Positions 15,383 to 23,711 of a DNA stretch of 62,614 nt are shown one piece after another (the first letter of the stretch is position 1; each line of letters begins with the position of its first letter). The notes under the pieces were generated by a model. It saw only the letters and a program-made list of their open reading frames with translations. It had not been told where the DNA came from and did no database searches. The DNA is from Lachnospiraceae bacterium (lineage in GTDB: Bacteria; Bacillota; Clostridia; Lachnospirales; Bianqueaceae). A program made the translations under genes and the position numbers. Where the stretch lies: contig JABUST010000218.1 in assembly GCA_021442595.1 (NCBI GenBank), forward strand, positions 1 through 62,614, read 5' to 3'.

Positions 15383-16069
15383 ATGGATCTAACCGTATGG
15401 ATCCTGGAAAAGGATCCCAAACAGGTCAGCGCATTGAAACGCCTCTGGTCCGGTACCTGCGGCTCCGGCGTAAGTCTCCGAAGCTTTTCCTCCTTTGAGG
15501 AGCTGAAGGCTGCCTCCGCTGCCCGTTTGCCGGACCTGATCTGCGGGGATCTGCTGATGCTCTGTGAAAAAGGGACGGAGTCCATCCGGCTTTGTAGGGA
15601 ACTGGGTCCCGTGGATCTCATGGTGATCACCTCTTCCCGGCTGAGTTCCTCCTTTACGCTGGCCCAAAGATGCGGTATCATTGACTATATTCTGTATCCC
15701 TACGACCCGGAAAGGTTGCGCCGCAGCATTCTCCGGTATCTGAAGCTGCGCAGCAGTTTCCTGCCTGCCGCTTACACAACTCAGCTGCGCATTGATTCCT
15801 TTCTGTTTTCCGGTCCTTCCTCTTCCCGCCGCCTTGCTGCGTCTTCCAATCGACCTTCCCCCTCCGGAGTGGCCTCCGTGCTGGATGCTCTTCTCCATGC
15901 GCCGGGTGGATTGGAGGTGAAGGAGCTGACAGCGAGATTATCCATGTCCCGTACCACCCTTTTGAAGGACCTGGATTTTCTGGAAGCCCAGGGATTGATA
16001 CAGAAACGGCCTGTACACACAGGACAAAAGGGGCGTCCCCGCTGGATCTACCTGCTGGGAGGAGAGTAG
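15383..16069 (+). CDS. response-regulator-like protein (CitB/DcuR-like receiver plus C-terminal winged HTH), no kinase nearby
   Basis: MDLTVWILEKD...PDLICGDLLM...IIDYILYPYDPERL is receiver-like. The C-terminal ELTARLSMSRTTLLKDLDFLEAQGLIQKRPVHTGQKGRPRWIY is HTH-like. I moved the start to ATG 15383. Confidence 0.5.
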   Translation: MDLTVWILEKDPKQVSALKRLWSGTCGSGVSLRSFSSFEELKAASAARLPDLICGDLLMLCEKGTESIRLCRELGPVDLMVITSSRLSSSFTLAQRCGIIDYILYPYDPERLRRSILRYLKLRSSFLPAAYTTQLRIDSFLFSGPSSSRRLAASSNRPSPSGVASVLDALLHAPGGLEVKELTARLSMSRTTLLKDLDFLEAQGLIQKRPVHTGQKGRPRWIYLLGGE

Positions 16070-16084
16070 CCCGTGGAGGTAAAT

Positions 16085-16702
16085 ATGAAAACCATTATTT
16101 TCGCCACCGGAAATCCGGGAAAAGTCAGAGAAGTCAAAGAGATCCTTACCGGTTTCCATGTCATCACCATGATGGAAGCCGGCCTCTCTCCGGAGATCAT
16201 AGAAGACGGCGCCAGCTTTGAGGAAAATGCTGTCATTAAGGCCAGGGCTGTCTATGATGCCATAAAGGCCCGGGAGGCCGCCGGTGATCCAGCTTTTGAT
16301 TTTGCTTACTGCATGGCAGATGACTCCGGTCTGGAGATCGATTATTTCGACAAAAAACCGGGCATCTATTCCTCCCGCTGGTTGGGAGAGGATACTTCCT
16401 ATGACATTAAAAACGGCATCGTCCTCAGTGAGATGGAGGATGTGCCGGATGAAAAACGCACTGCCAGATATGTGTGCTCCATAGCCGCTCTGGATGCAGA
16501 GGGAACCTCCACCGTTGTCACGGAGGCCTGCGAAGGCATCATCGGACATGAACCCAAAGGGGAGGGGGGCTTCGGTTATGATCCCATCTTCTATATTCCC
16601 GGTCTGGGCACCTTCGCTGAGATCTCCAGCGCCGCCAAGCACGAGGTTTCCCACAGAGGAAAAGCTCTGCGGGCCATCCTGCCGCTTTTGAAGGAAATCT
16701 GA
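16085..16702 (+). CDS. rdgB: non-canonical purine NTP pyrophosphatase RdgB/HAM1 family
   Basis: Contains IIFATGNPGKVREV, DDSGLEID and GEGGFGYDPIF. The RBS ggagg lies 6 nt before ATG 16085. Confidence 0.9.
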   Translation: MKTIIFATGNPGKVREVKEILTGFHVITMMEAGLSPEIIEDGASFEENAVIKARAVYDAIKAREAAGDPAFDFAYCMADDSGLEIDYFDKKPGIYSSRWLGEDTSYDIKNGIVLSEMEDVPDEKRTARYVCSIAALDAEGTSTVVTEACEGIIGHEPKGEGGFGYDPIFYIPGLGTFAEISSAAKHEVSHRGKALRAILPLLKEI

Positions 16703-16726
16703 TCCATGCGAAAAGAGGTATGATCC

Positions 16727-17227
16727 ATGCGCTATCTGGTTCTCAGTGATACCCATAACAACATAACCGCTGCCCGGGATCTCATCGAACAGCTCCATGA
16801 CCGCATCGACGGTGTTCTCCATATGGGGGACATGGTGACGGATTTCAATAAACTTAAGAATATGTATCAGGACCGCTACGGCCTAGCCTTTGCAGGGGTC
16901 TGCGGCAATTGCGATCTGTTCTCCACAGAGCCGGATACCCGGTGCTTCACCGTGGAAGGAAGAAGGGTCCTCATGTTCCACGGGCATCAGCACGGCGTCA
17001 AATACGGAACCCGCTACCTGAAAGAAGTTGCCGAAGAGAACAAAGCCAACATCGTCCTCTTCGGTCATACCCATGTGCCTCTGATGGAAGAAGCAGAGGG
17101 TATACTGTACCTGAATCCCGGCTCCCTGTCGGAGCCCCGGGGAGGATCCAGGGCGGGATTTGCACTCCTGGAGATCGAAAAGGGGAAGGCAGCCGCTGTG
17201 CTGTATAAATACGAAGATTTTTGTTGA
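16727..17227 (+). CDS. YfcE/MJ0936-family metallophosphoesterase
   Basis: Contains LVLSDTHNN, GDMV, GNCD, FHGHQ and GHTH, which are calcineurin-like phosphoesterase motifs. Length is 166 aa. Confidence 0.8.
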   Translation: MRYLVLSDTHNNITAARDLIEQLHDRIDGVLHMGDMVTDFNKLKNMYQDRYGLAFAGVCGNCDLFSTEPDTRCFTVEGRRVLMFHGHQHGVKYGTRYLKEVAEENKANIVLFGHTHVPLMEEAEGILYLNPGSLSEPRGGSRAGFALLEIEKGKAAAVLYKYEDFC

Positions 17228-17389
17228 TTTCGATCTGTACTCTCTGTTCATATGTCAGTGCAGCTGTTCTCAAAACCGTCTCCTGAACGATCAATGCCGA
17301 CGTACTTCCCTCTCTGATTTTTGCATGGTGAGGTGTGCATAAAGCGTCCCCTTCAACCGCTTCCACCTGTCTAATGCGAAATTTCTCAT

Positions 17390-17418
17390 TGACTTTCTTT
17401 CTGCCGAAGACTATAATA
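17390..17418 (+). promoter_or_regulatory. sigma-A-type promoter of the tRNA cluster
   Basis: TTGACT, 17 nt, TATAAT, about 30 nt upstream of tRNA-Pro. Confidence 0.6.
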
Positions 17419-17448
17419 GCCTCTGATGCGTAACTAGAGCGCATTCTT

Positions 17449-17523
17449 CGGGGTGTGGCTCAGTTTGGCTAGAGCGCGTGCTTTGGGAGCATGAGGCCGC
17501 AGGTTCGAATCCTGTCACCCCGA
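17449..17523 (+). tRNA. tRNA-Pro (anticodon TGG)
   Basis: Manual cloverleaf: acceptor cggggtg/caccccg, anticodon stem cgtgc/gcatg, loop ttTGGga, T-arm gcagg-ttcgaat-cctgt. Confidence 0.9.
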
Positions 17524-17583
17524 TCGCTTTGGTTCTTGCCCCAGGCAAATGCCTTTGGTAAATGCATCAGGCAAGTGAGTTCT

Positions 17584-17657
17584 GTGCCTGTAGCTCAGTT
17601 GGATAGAGCAACGGCCTTCTAAGCCGTGTGTCCTGGGTTCGAATCCCCGCAGGCACG
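17584..17657 (+). tRNA. tRNA-Arg (anticodon TCT)
   Basis: Acceptor gtgcctg/caggcac, anticodon stem acggc/gccgt, loop ctTCTaa, T-loop ttcgaat. There is one mismatch in the T-stem. Confidence 0.85.
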
Positions 17658-17795
17658 CTTCTTTGGCAGCTTCATTGCTGTTGAGGTTTTCACCGGACTG
17701 ATTTTCGTCCCGGAAATCTGTTTCAGTGCTGCTATCTTTAATGACAATGCTAACCTTGCATTGCTGTCCTTGATGGCATAATTTCATAGACTCAT

Positions 17796-17870
17796 GGTGG
17801 GTATGGTCCAGTTGGTTAGGGCGCCAGATTGTGGCTCTGGATATCCTGGGTTCGAGTCCCAGTACCCACC
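17796..17870 (+). tRNA. tRNA-His (anticodon GTG)
   Basis: An extra 5' G(-1) precedes the acceptor gtgggta/tacccac. Anticodon stem ccaga/tctgg, loop ttGTGgc, T-arm ctggg-ttcgagt-cccag. Confidence 0.9.
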
Positions 17871-17883
17871 CTCGTCTAACCCT

Positions 17884-17955
17884 TGGGTAGTCGCCAAGCG
17901 GTAAGGCACAGGGTTTTGATCCCTGCATGCGTAGGTTCGAATCCTACCTACCCAG
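17884..17955 (+). tRNA. tRNA-Gln (anticodon TTG)
   Basis: Acceptor tgggtag/ctaccca, anticodon stem caggg/ccctg, loop ttTTGat, T-arm gtagg-ttcgaat-cctac. Confidence 0.9.
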
Positions 17956-17991
17956 CTAGGTTCAAAACCGAAAGGAAAGAGAATATAATGC

Positions 17992-18020
17992 TTGACACCT
18001 GCAGGTGACGGTGTTATAAT
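17992..18020 (+). promoter_or_regulatory. internal sigma-A-type promoter ahead of tRNA-Lys
   Basis: TTGACA, 17 nt, TATAAT, within the Gln-Lys spacer. Confidence 0.55.
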
Positions 18021-18031
18021 CATTTTTCGTT

Positions 18032-18104
18032 GGGGCATTAGCTCAATTGGTAGAGCACCAGACTCTTAATCTGGGTGTTCGGGGTTCGAGACCCCGATGC
18101 CTCA
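18032..18104 (+). tRNA. tRNA-Lys (anticodon CTT)
   Basis: Acceptor ggggcat/atgcctc, anticodon stem ccaga/tctgg, loop ctCTTaa, T-arm cgggg-ttcgaga-ccccg. Confidence 0.9.
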
Positions 18105-18108
18105 CTCC

Positions 18109-18136
18109 AACCGATCCGAAACGGATCGGTTTTTTG
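18109..18136 (+). terminator. intrinsic terminator of the tRNA cluster
   Basis: Stem aaccgatccg-aaa-cggatcggtt followed by ttttt. Confidence 0.8.
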
Positions 18137-18257
18137 TTTATATAGATTGCGTATTATAAGTCTCTTAATTATTTATGGAGTCTGCTTTCATCTGTTTCGA
18201 TAATAACAATTACTTGAGCGGGGAGAACGATTTCCCCGCTCCAAGTCTTTTCCGGCC

Positions 18258-18650
18258 TTATTCCTCAAACAGTTTTTTGCCCTCAATTTCTAAAGTGGAG
18301 TAATCCACATCTGTTTCTTTGAGATTCAAAGTCCAATTAGTATCTCTCATATCAGAGATAAATTCCGGTGCAAGTGCAAGCCGGTAGTTCCTGACATAAT
18401 AGCCCAGATCTCCAGGCCACACCCATTTTCCATCTGTCAATACGGATGGGGTACCGGCAATACCGTTTTCAGGCCTGATTACGTCCGTGCTTGTTCCACA
18501 ACAGGTAATTAACACAATCCCTGAATTCAAATAGCCGCAGATTTTTTCAATTTCTTCCGGATTTGCCTTTCCAATAAAATCCAGAATAGAGCTGTCTGCA
18601 TACTCGGCATAAGGCATTTCTTTGTAATAACCCTGTCGAATCAGATTCAT
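18258..18650 (-). CDS. hypothetical protein (130 aa) in a small AT-rich patch
   Basis: A clean ORF with no motif I recognise and no TM segment. The flanks are visibly AT-rich compared with the neighbours. Confidence 0.55.
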   Translation of the reverse strand: MNLIRQGYYKEMPYAEYADSSILDFIGKANPEEIEKICGYLNSGIVLITCCGTSTDVIRPENGIAGTPSVLTDGKWVWPGDLGYYVRNYRLALAPEFISDMRDTNWTLNLKETDVDYSTLEIEGKKLFEE

Positions 18651-18704
18651 TTTTTCTTTTCTCCCTTCTTATATGGCATATAAGTTACCCAATGACCGGT
18701 ATTC

Positions 18705-19682
18705 TTAAACGGGGTTGGACCAATACTCTTCTGTAAAGTGATGGACCTGACCGTTTTTATCTTTATAGGCCACCACCGTATTCAGATTTACGTTTTCCAC
18801 ACTGCGGAATATATTACTTTCTACATAAGGATTGATCTTCTTCATCTGAGCGATCAGCTCCTTCACCTCCATGCGCTTGGAGGCGGAGCTTCCATCCTCG
18901 TGAACATGCCCCGATGTCTCCGTGAACCTGCAGGCACATTGCAAAAAGGTGAGACCGTTGTAATCTCTCCAGTGGCAGATGTCCTCTTCCCGGATCAGAT
19001 ACATGGGCCGGATCAGCTCCATGCCCTCGAAATTTGTGCTGTGGAGCTTGGGCATCATGGTCTGAATCTGGCCTCCGTACAGCATGCCCATGAGAATGGT
19101 CTCAATGACGTCATCATAATGATGTCCAAGAGCAATCTTGTTGCATCCCAGAGCTCTGGCATGACTGTAGAGATAGCCTCTTCTCATGCGGGCGCAGAGA
19201 TAGCAGGGATTCTTATCCACCTGGACCACCGAGTCAAAAATGGTGGACTCAAAGATTTGAACAGGAACACCCAGCAGCTGGGCATTTCGCATAATCTGCT
19301 GACGGTTGGCCGGGCTGTACCCGGGATCCATCACCAGAAAGACCAGTTCAAACTCAAACTTATTATGCCGCTTCAGCTCCTGGAACAATTTTGCCATGAG
19401 CATGGAGTCCTTGCCTCCGGATATACATACGGCGATCCTGTCTCCGGGACGGATCATGTCATACTGATTGATGCCCTTGGCAAAGGGAGTGAACAGCTGC
19501 TTATGAAACTTTTTTCTTATGCTGAGCTCCGCCTTTTCCTGAAGCGTGAGAATTTTCTCTTCCTTGCTTTCATTGACCCTGTTATCCTTGGTAACCTCCG
19601 GATTTTCAGCTCTCCGGTCCTCTTTTATCTGTTTATCCAAGGGCATTTCCTTTTCCGGTTCCTTTATCTGATTGTCTTCCAT
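18705..19682 (-). CDS. ttcA: PP-loop ATPase, tRNA 2-thiocytidine biosynthesis TtcA-like
   Basis: Contains the SGGKDS PP-loop (CISGGKDS) and Cys motifs CYLCARMRRG and CACRF. The N-terminus is rich in K and E. I moved the start to ATG 19682 so the gene does not overlap metA. Confidence 0.75.
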   Translation of the reverse strand: MEDNQIKEPEKEMPLDKQIKEDRRAENPEVTKDNRVNESKEEKILTLQEKAELSIRKKFHKQLFTPFAKGINQYDMIRPGDRIAVCISGGKDSMLMAKLFQELKRHNKFEFELVFLVMDPGYSPANRQQIMRNAQLLGVPVQIFESTIFDSVVQVDKNPCYLCARMRRGYLYSHARALGCNKIALGHHYDDVIETILMGMLYGGQIQTMMPKLHSTNFEGMELIRPMYLIREEDICHWRDYNGLTFLQCACRFTETSGHVHEDGSSASKRMEVKELIAQMKKINPYVESNIFRSVENVNLNTVVAYKDKNGQVHHFTEEYWSNPV

Positions 19683-19725
19683 TACCACTATATCTCTATC
19701 CTTCCGGCCTCTTCCCGGCTGCCGG

Positions 19726-20655
19726 TTACAGCTTCGGTTCAAACTCCTCCACACCCAGCAGATAGGGAGTGGCCTGATAGACAAAGTAATTCAGCCAGTT
19801 GGAGTACTGCAGGTTGGCGCTGGAGCGCCAGGTATTGATGGGTTCTCTGGTGTCATCATCCCCCGGAAAGTAATTGACCGGCACTTCAATGGGAAGCCCC
19901 TGATCCTTGTCTCTCCGGTATTCCTTCAGTAGGGTATCCGTGTCATATTCGGAATGACCGGTAATGAATATCTGCCTTCCGTAATTGGTGGATACCGCAT
20001 AGACCCCTGCCTCCGGACTCTCTGCCAGGATCTTCAGCCTGGGCTCTGCCAGAATGTCCTCCCGGCGTATGGTGGTGTGACGGGAGTGGGGCACCTGGAA
20101 AACATCGTTGAATCCCCGGTACAGAATGGACCCCTTGTGGGTAATGGTATGCCCGAACACCCCGAAAAGCTTCTTCTCCAGAGGATATTTCCGGATGCCG
20201 TAGTGATAGTACAGGGCAGCCTGAGCCCCCCAGCAAATATGAAAGGTGCTGTATACATGAGTCTTTGTCCACTCCATAATGGCGCAGAGCTCGTCCCAAT
20301 AGTCTACCTCTTCGAATTCGTATTGCTCTACCGGTGCGCCGGTGATGATCATGCCGTCAAAATACCGCTCCTTCACCTCGTCAAAGGTCTTGTAGAAGGC
20401 CAGCATATGCTCCTTGGTGGTGTGCTTGGGCTCCCGGCTCACCTTCATGAGCTCCATGTGAATCTGCAGAGGCGTATTGCCCAGAAGCCTGGCCAGCTGG
20501 GTCTCCGTGACGATCTTGGTGGGCATGAGGTTCAGAACCAGGATCTCCAGAGGGCGAATGTTCTGGGACTTAGCCCGGGCATGGTCCATGACAAAAATAT
20601 TTTCTTCCTTCAGGGTCCTTGCGGCCGGCAGGTCCGCCGGAATACAGATGGGCAT
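19726..20655 (-). CDS. metA: homoserine O-acyltransferase MetA
   Basis: [23 protein letters not shown]...LNLMPTK...[10 protein letters not shown] matches typical MetA/HTS over 309 aa. Confidence 0.9.
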   Translation of the reverse strand: MPICIPADLPAARTLKEENIFVMDHARAKSQNIRPLEILVLNLMPTKIVTETQLARLLGNTPLQIHMELMKVSREPKHTTKEHMLAFYKTFDEVKERYFDGMIITGAPVEQYEFEEVDYWDELCAIMEWTKTHVYSTFHICWGAQAALYYHYGIRKYPLEKKLFGVFGHTITHKGSILYRGFNDVFQVPHSRHTTIRREDILAEPRLKILAESPEAGVYAVSTNYGRQIFITGHSEYDTDTLLKEYRRDKDQGLPIEVPVNYFPGDDDTREPINTWRSSANLQYSNWLNYFVYQATPYLLGVEEFEPKL

Positions 20656-20708
20656 AGGTTCCTCCTTTTCTTCACACAGATAGGGCCAATATTGACCGCA
20701 GCTGTTCT

Positions 20709-20737
20709 ATTATAAAGAATCCTGTGGAGAATGTAAA
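20709..20737 (-). promoter_or_regulatory. sigma-A-type promoter of metA
   Basis: On the minus strand: TTTACA, 17 nt, TATAAT. Confidence 0.5.
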
Positions 20738-20767
20738 CCGAAGGGAGATAAGCCCTGTCCCCTCTGC

Positions 20768-20796
20768 TTGACAAAAATTTTTCTATCTTGTACCAT
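20768..20796 (+). promoter_or_regulatory. sigma-A-type promoter of bioY
   Basis: TTGACA, 17 nt, TACCAT. Confidence 0.5.
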
Positions 20797-20834
20797 ACAG
20801 AACTGTACGTTATTTTATAAAGAAGGAGGTACTT

Positions 20835-21458
20835 ATGTCCGCATCTTCCTCTTCCGGAAAGAAGTATTCCCCCCATGACCTGGTACTGATGGCCCTGTTC
20901 ACGGCCCTCATGGCAGTCTGTGCCTGGATCACTGTTCCGGTTCCCAATATTCCCTTTACCCTTCAGCTTCTGGCTGTCTTCGCCTCCCTCTTTTATCTGG
21001 GAGGAAAGAAGGGCACCCTCAGCATTCTGGTATATCTGCTGCTGGGAGCCCTGGGCGCTCCCGTTTTCTCCGGATTCGGAGGAGGCCCGGGCAAGCTTTT
21101 GGGGGTCACCGGGGGCTACCTGCTGGGCTTTCTCTTTACGGGCCTCATTTACTGGCTGATAACCTCCTGCTTTCCGGGAAAGAACTCTTCCACCGGAAAA
21201 TCCGGTGAAAAATCTACGGTCAAACCCGGCACCTTTGTTTCTATAGGGGCTGCCCTGGCCGGTCTTGTTCTGTGCTATGCCTTCGGTACCGGCTGGTTCA
21301 TGTATATCTACATGAAGAACACCGGTCCCATCGGTCTTAGCAGCGTACTCATGATGTGCGTTGTCCCCTATGTGATTCCCGACCTGATCAAGCTGGCTCT
21401 GGCCTGGAGCATCACCACCGTGATCAGGAAAGCCCTGAGACATAAACAAGGATCTTAA
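20835..21458 (+). CDS. bioY: biotin transporter, ECF S component BioY
   Basis: A membrane protein with PFTLQLLAVFASLFYLGGKKG...GAPVFSGFGGGPG..LGVTGGYLLGF, typical of BioY. Confidence 0.85.
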   Translation: MSASSSSGKKYSPHDLVLMALFTALMAVCAWITVPVPNIPFTLQLLAVFASLFYLGGKKGTLSILVYLLLGALGAPVFSGFGGGPGKLLGVTGGYLLGFLFTGLIYWLITSCFPGKNSSTGKSGEKSTVKPGTFVSIGAALAGLVLCYAFGTGWFMYIYMKNTGPIGLSSVLMMCVVPYVIPDLIKLALAWSITTVIRKALRHKQGS

Positions 21459-21530
21459 TACATAAGCGGATCTTTGAACCATCCGGCTCCTGATGCCAAT
21501 GGCATTAACTAAACCGGTGACATGAAATAA

Positions 21531-21592
21531 GAAAAGGCACTGTCTGCCCGGTCATAATGATACAGAGACCGGATAGGCGGTGCCTTTTTCTT
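21531..21592. terminator. bidirectional terminator between bioY and pepF
   Basis: Outer stem gaaaaggcac...gtgcctttttc, flanked by an A-run and a T-run. Confidence 0.6.
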
Positions 21593-21678
21593 AATTATAT
21601 AGATCCTTCTCTTAGCTGCGCATTCACCTGCTTTTAGGAATTTCCTTCCTTTGCAGATTCTTTGCGGACAGCTGCTGC

Positions 21679-23496
21679 TTACTTAGCTGCGCAGAGGCGG
21701 GCATAGGTGGCTTCTGCATCGGCCACGATAGAATCGAACTTCTTCAGCGCTGCTTCGATGGGAGCAGGAGTGGTGAGGTCCACACCGCCGTGCTTCAGAG
21801 AATCCAGCGGATACCGGCTGGAACCCATGGAAAGGAACTCCAGATACTTCTTCACCGCAGGCTCTCCCTCCTTCAGGATGCCTTCGGACAGAGCAGCGGC
21901 AGAGCAGTAGCCGGTGGCATATACATACACATAGAAGCTGCGATAGAAGTGAGGAATGCGGGACCACTCATAGCGGACCTCTTCATCCATGACCATCTCG
22001 GGACCGAAGTACAGCTTCACCAGCTCTTCGTAGGTCTTGTTCAGCCACTCGCTGCTGAGCGCTCCGCCCTTCTCGATCTCCTCATGTGCCAGCTTTTCAA
22101 ACTCGGCAAACATGGTCTGGCGATAAACGGTTCCCTTGAAGTTCTCCATGTACTGGTTCAGCAGATACATGCGGGTCTTGTCATCGATATCCTGCTTCAA
22201 AAGCTGCTCGATGAGCAGATTTTCATTAACGGTAGAGGCGATCTCGGCTACAAACAGAGTGTAGTCTGCATAATGGGAGGGCTGATGGGTCTTGGCCAGC
22301 AGGGTGTGCTGGGAATGTCCCATCTCATGAGCCAGAGTGGAAACGGAATCGATGGTTCCGGTGAAGTTCATCATGATGTAGGGATTGCAGTCGTAGGTGC
22401 CTGCAGAGTAAGCACCGCCGGACTTTCCGGTGTTGGGATATACATCCACCCAGCGCTCGTCAAAGGCCCGCTGTACGTTCTTTCCGTACTCCTCACCCAG
22501 GGGCTTGACGGCGGTCTTGACCATCTCCTTGGCCTCTTCAAAGGAGTAGGTCAGGTCCAGATCTCCCACCAGAGGGGCATACACATCATAATAGTGGATC
22601 TCATCCAGACCCAGCATCTTCTTGCGAAGAGCCACATAGCGGTACATGGCGGGAAGGTTGGCATGGACGGTGTCCACCAGAGAATCATAGACGCTCTCGG
22701 GAATGTTGGTGCCGGCGAGGCTCATAGCTCTGGCGCTGGCATAATTTCGGGTGCGGGCCATGAACACGTCCTTCTTTACATTGGTGCTGTAGGTGGCGGT
22801 CATGGTGTTATTGTGCTGCTTGTAGGTCTTATAGTAGCTGCGGAAGGCCTTCTCACGAATGTCTCTGTCGCTGTTTGACTGGAGAAGGATATAATTGGCA
22901 TTGCTTACCTGGATCTCGTTTCCATCCTTGTCGGTGATGGGATCGAATACCATGTCGGCGTCCTGCAGGGCATCGGCGATGCGTCCGGAGGCTCCGGTGA
23001 TCTCACCCATGCCGGAGATCAGCTTTTCCTCGGCGGGGGTCAGGGTATGCTCCTTCTGTCTCTTCAGATCCTCCAGGGCATGGCGGTAGGGTGCCAGCTC
23101 TTCGGAATTGGTGAAGGCATCGAACTTTTCCTCCTCCATGGAGAGCAGCTCGGGAGCCACAAAGGCAAAGGCGGCGGCAATGGGCATGATCTTTCCCATA
23201 GCCTTGGACTGCATGATCTGGGCAGCCTCTGCTCTGGTATCTTCGCTCTGTCTCAGCATGGGATACTGGAAAACATTAGAGATCTTTCTTTCCAGCAGGT
23301 TCTGCTTATCCATAAATTCCCTAAGGACAGCAGGAGACTCGGTGAGTCGTCCCTCATATTTCAGAAGCTCCTCAACTTCCGCGTCCAGAGTGGGCAGAGC
23401 AGCTTCCCAGGCCTCATCGCTTGCAAACAGGGGAGTCAGGTCCCACTTAAATCTCTCTTCGATCTCGGAACGATCTTTGATCTTCATATCTGCCAT
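21679..23496 (-). CDS. pepF: oligoendopeptidase F (M3B)
   Basis: Contains the HEMGH zinc motif and FKWDLTPLF near the N-terminus, about 600 aa in all. I moved the start to ATG 23496 (MADMKIKD). Confidence 0.9.
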   Translation of the reverse strand: MADMKIKDRSEIEERFKWDLTPLFASDEAWEAALPTLDAEVEELLKYEGRLTESPAVLREFMDKQNLLERKISNVFQYPMLRQSEDTRAEAAQIMQSKAMGKIMPIAAAFAFVAPELLSMEEEKFDAFTNSEELAPYRHALEDLKRQKEHTLTPAEEKLISGMGEITGASGRIADALQDADMVFDPITDKDGNEIQVSNANYILLQSNSDRDIREKAFRSYYKTYKQHNNTMTATYSTNVKKDVFMARTRNYASARAMSLAGTNIPESVYDSLVDTVHANLPAMYRYVALRKKMLGLDEIHYYDVYAPLVGDLDLTYSFEEAKEMVKTAVKPLGEEYGKNVQRAFDERWVDVYPNTGKSGGAYSAGTYDCNPYIMMNFTGTIDSVSTLAHEMGHSQHTLLAKTHQPSHYADYTLFVAEIASTVNENLLIEQLLKQDIDDKTRMYLLNQYMENFKGTVYRQTMFAEFEKLAHEEIEKGGALSSEWLNKTYEELVKLYFGPEMVMDEEVRYEWSRIPHFYRSFYVYVYATGYCSAAALSEGILKEGEPAVKKYLEFLSMGSSRYPLDSLKHGGVDLTTPAPIEAALKKFDSIVADAEATYARLCAAK

Positions 23497-23711
23497 AGTT
23501 GATTTCCTTTCTTTCACGTTCTTTCTGTAATTAACTGACAACACAACCCTGCAAAATGCAGGGTTGTGTCATTCTTTTCAGGTTTGCAGAGTATTTTGCA
23601 AACATCCTTTGCACATGAAAATGAACATGCAGCTCACACATACAATCTGTCCACACAATATGCATATATGATCTGCTGCATAGACCGGCTCTTCATTCTT
23701 ATTTGAATGAA

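Noticed and set aside
14296-15681. A 461-aa minus-strand ORF, opposite the PP2C-LysM gene and the response-regulator gene. Similar long antisense ORFs occur at 57268-58869, 47498-48817, 49681-50778, 42700-43542 and 55393-56381.
   Set aside because: All lie antisense to genes with clear motif support. Their products are R/G/L-rich and motif-free, and they lack convincing RBS sequences.
17515-18038. Two minus-strand ORFs (137 aa and 84 aa) across the tRNA cluster.
   Set aside because: They overlap five well-folded tRNA genes, so they are not credible coding sequences.
20656-20834. An expected SAM (S-box) riboswitch or T-box upstream of metA.
   Set aside because: The leader from the predicted promoter to the ATG is only about 50 nt. 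It shows none of the S-box or T-box conserved strings.
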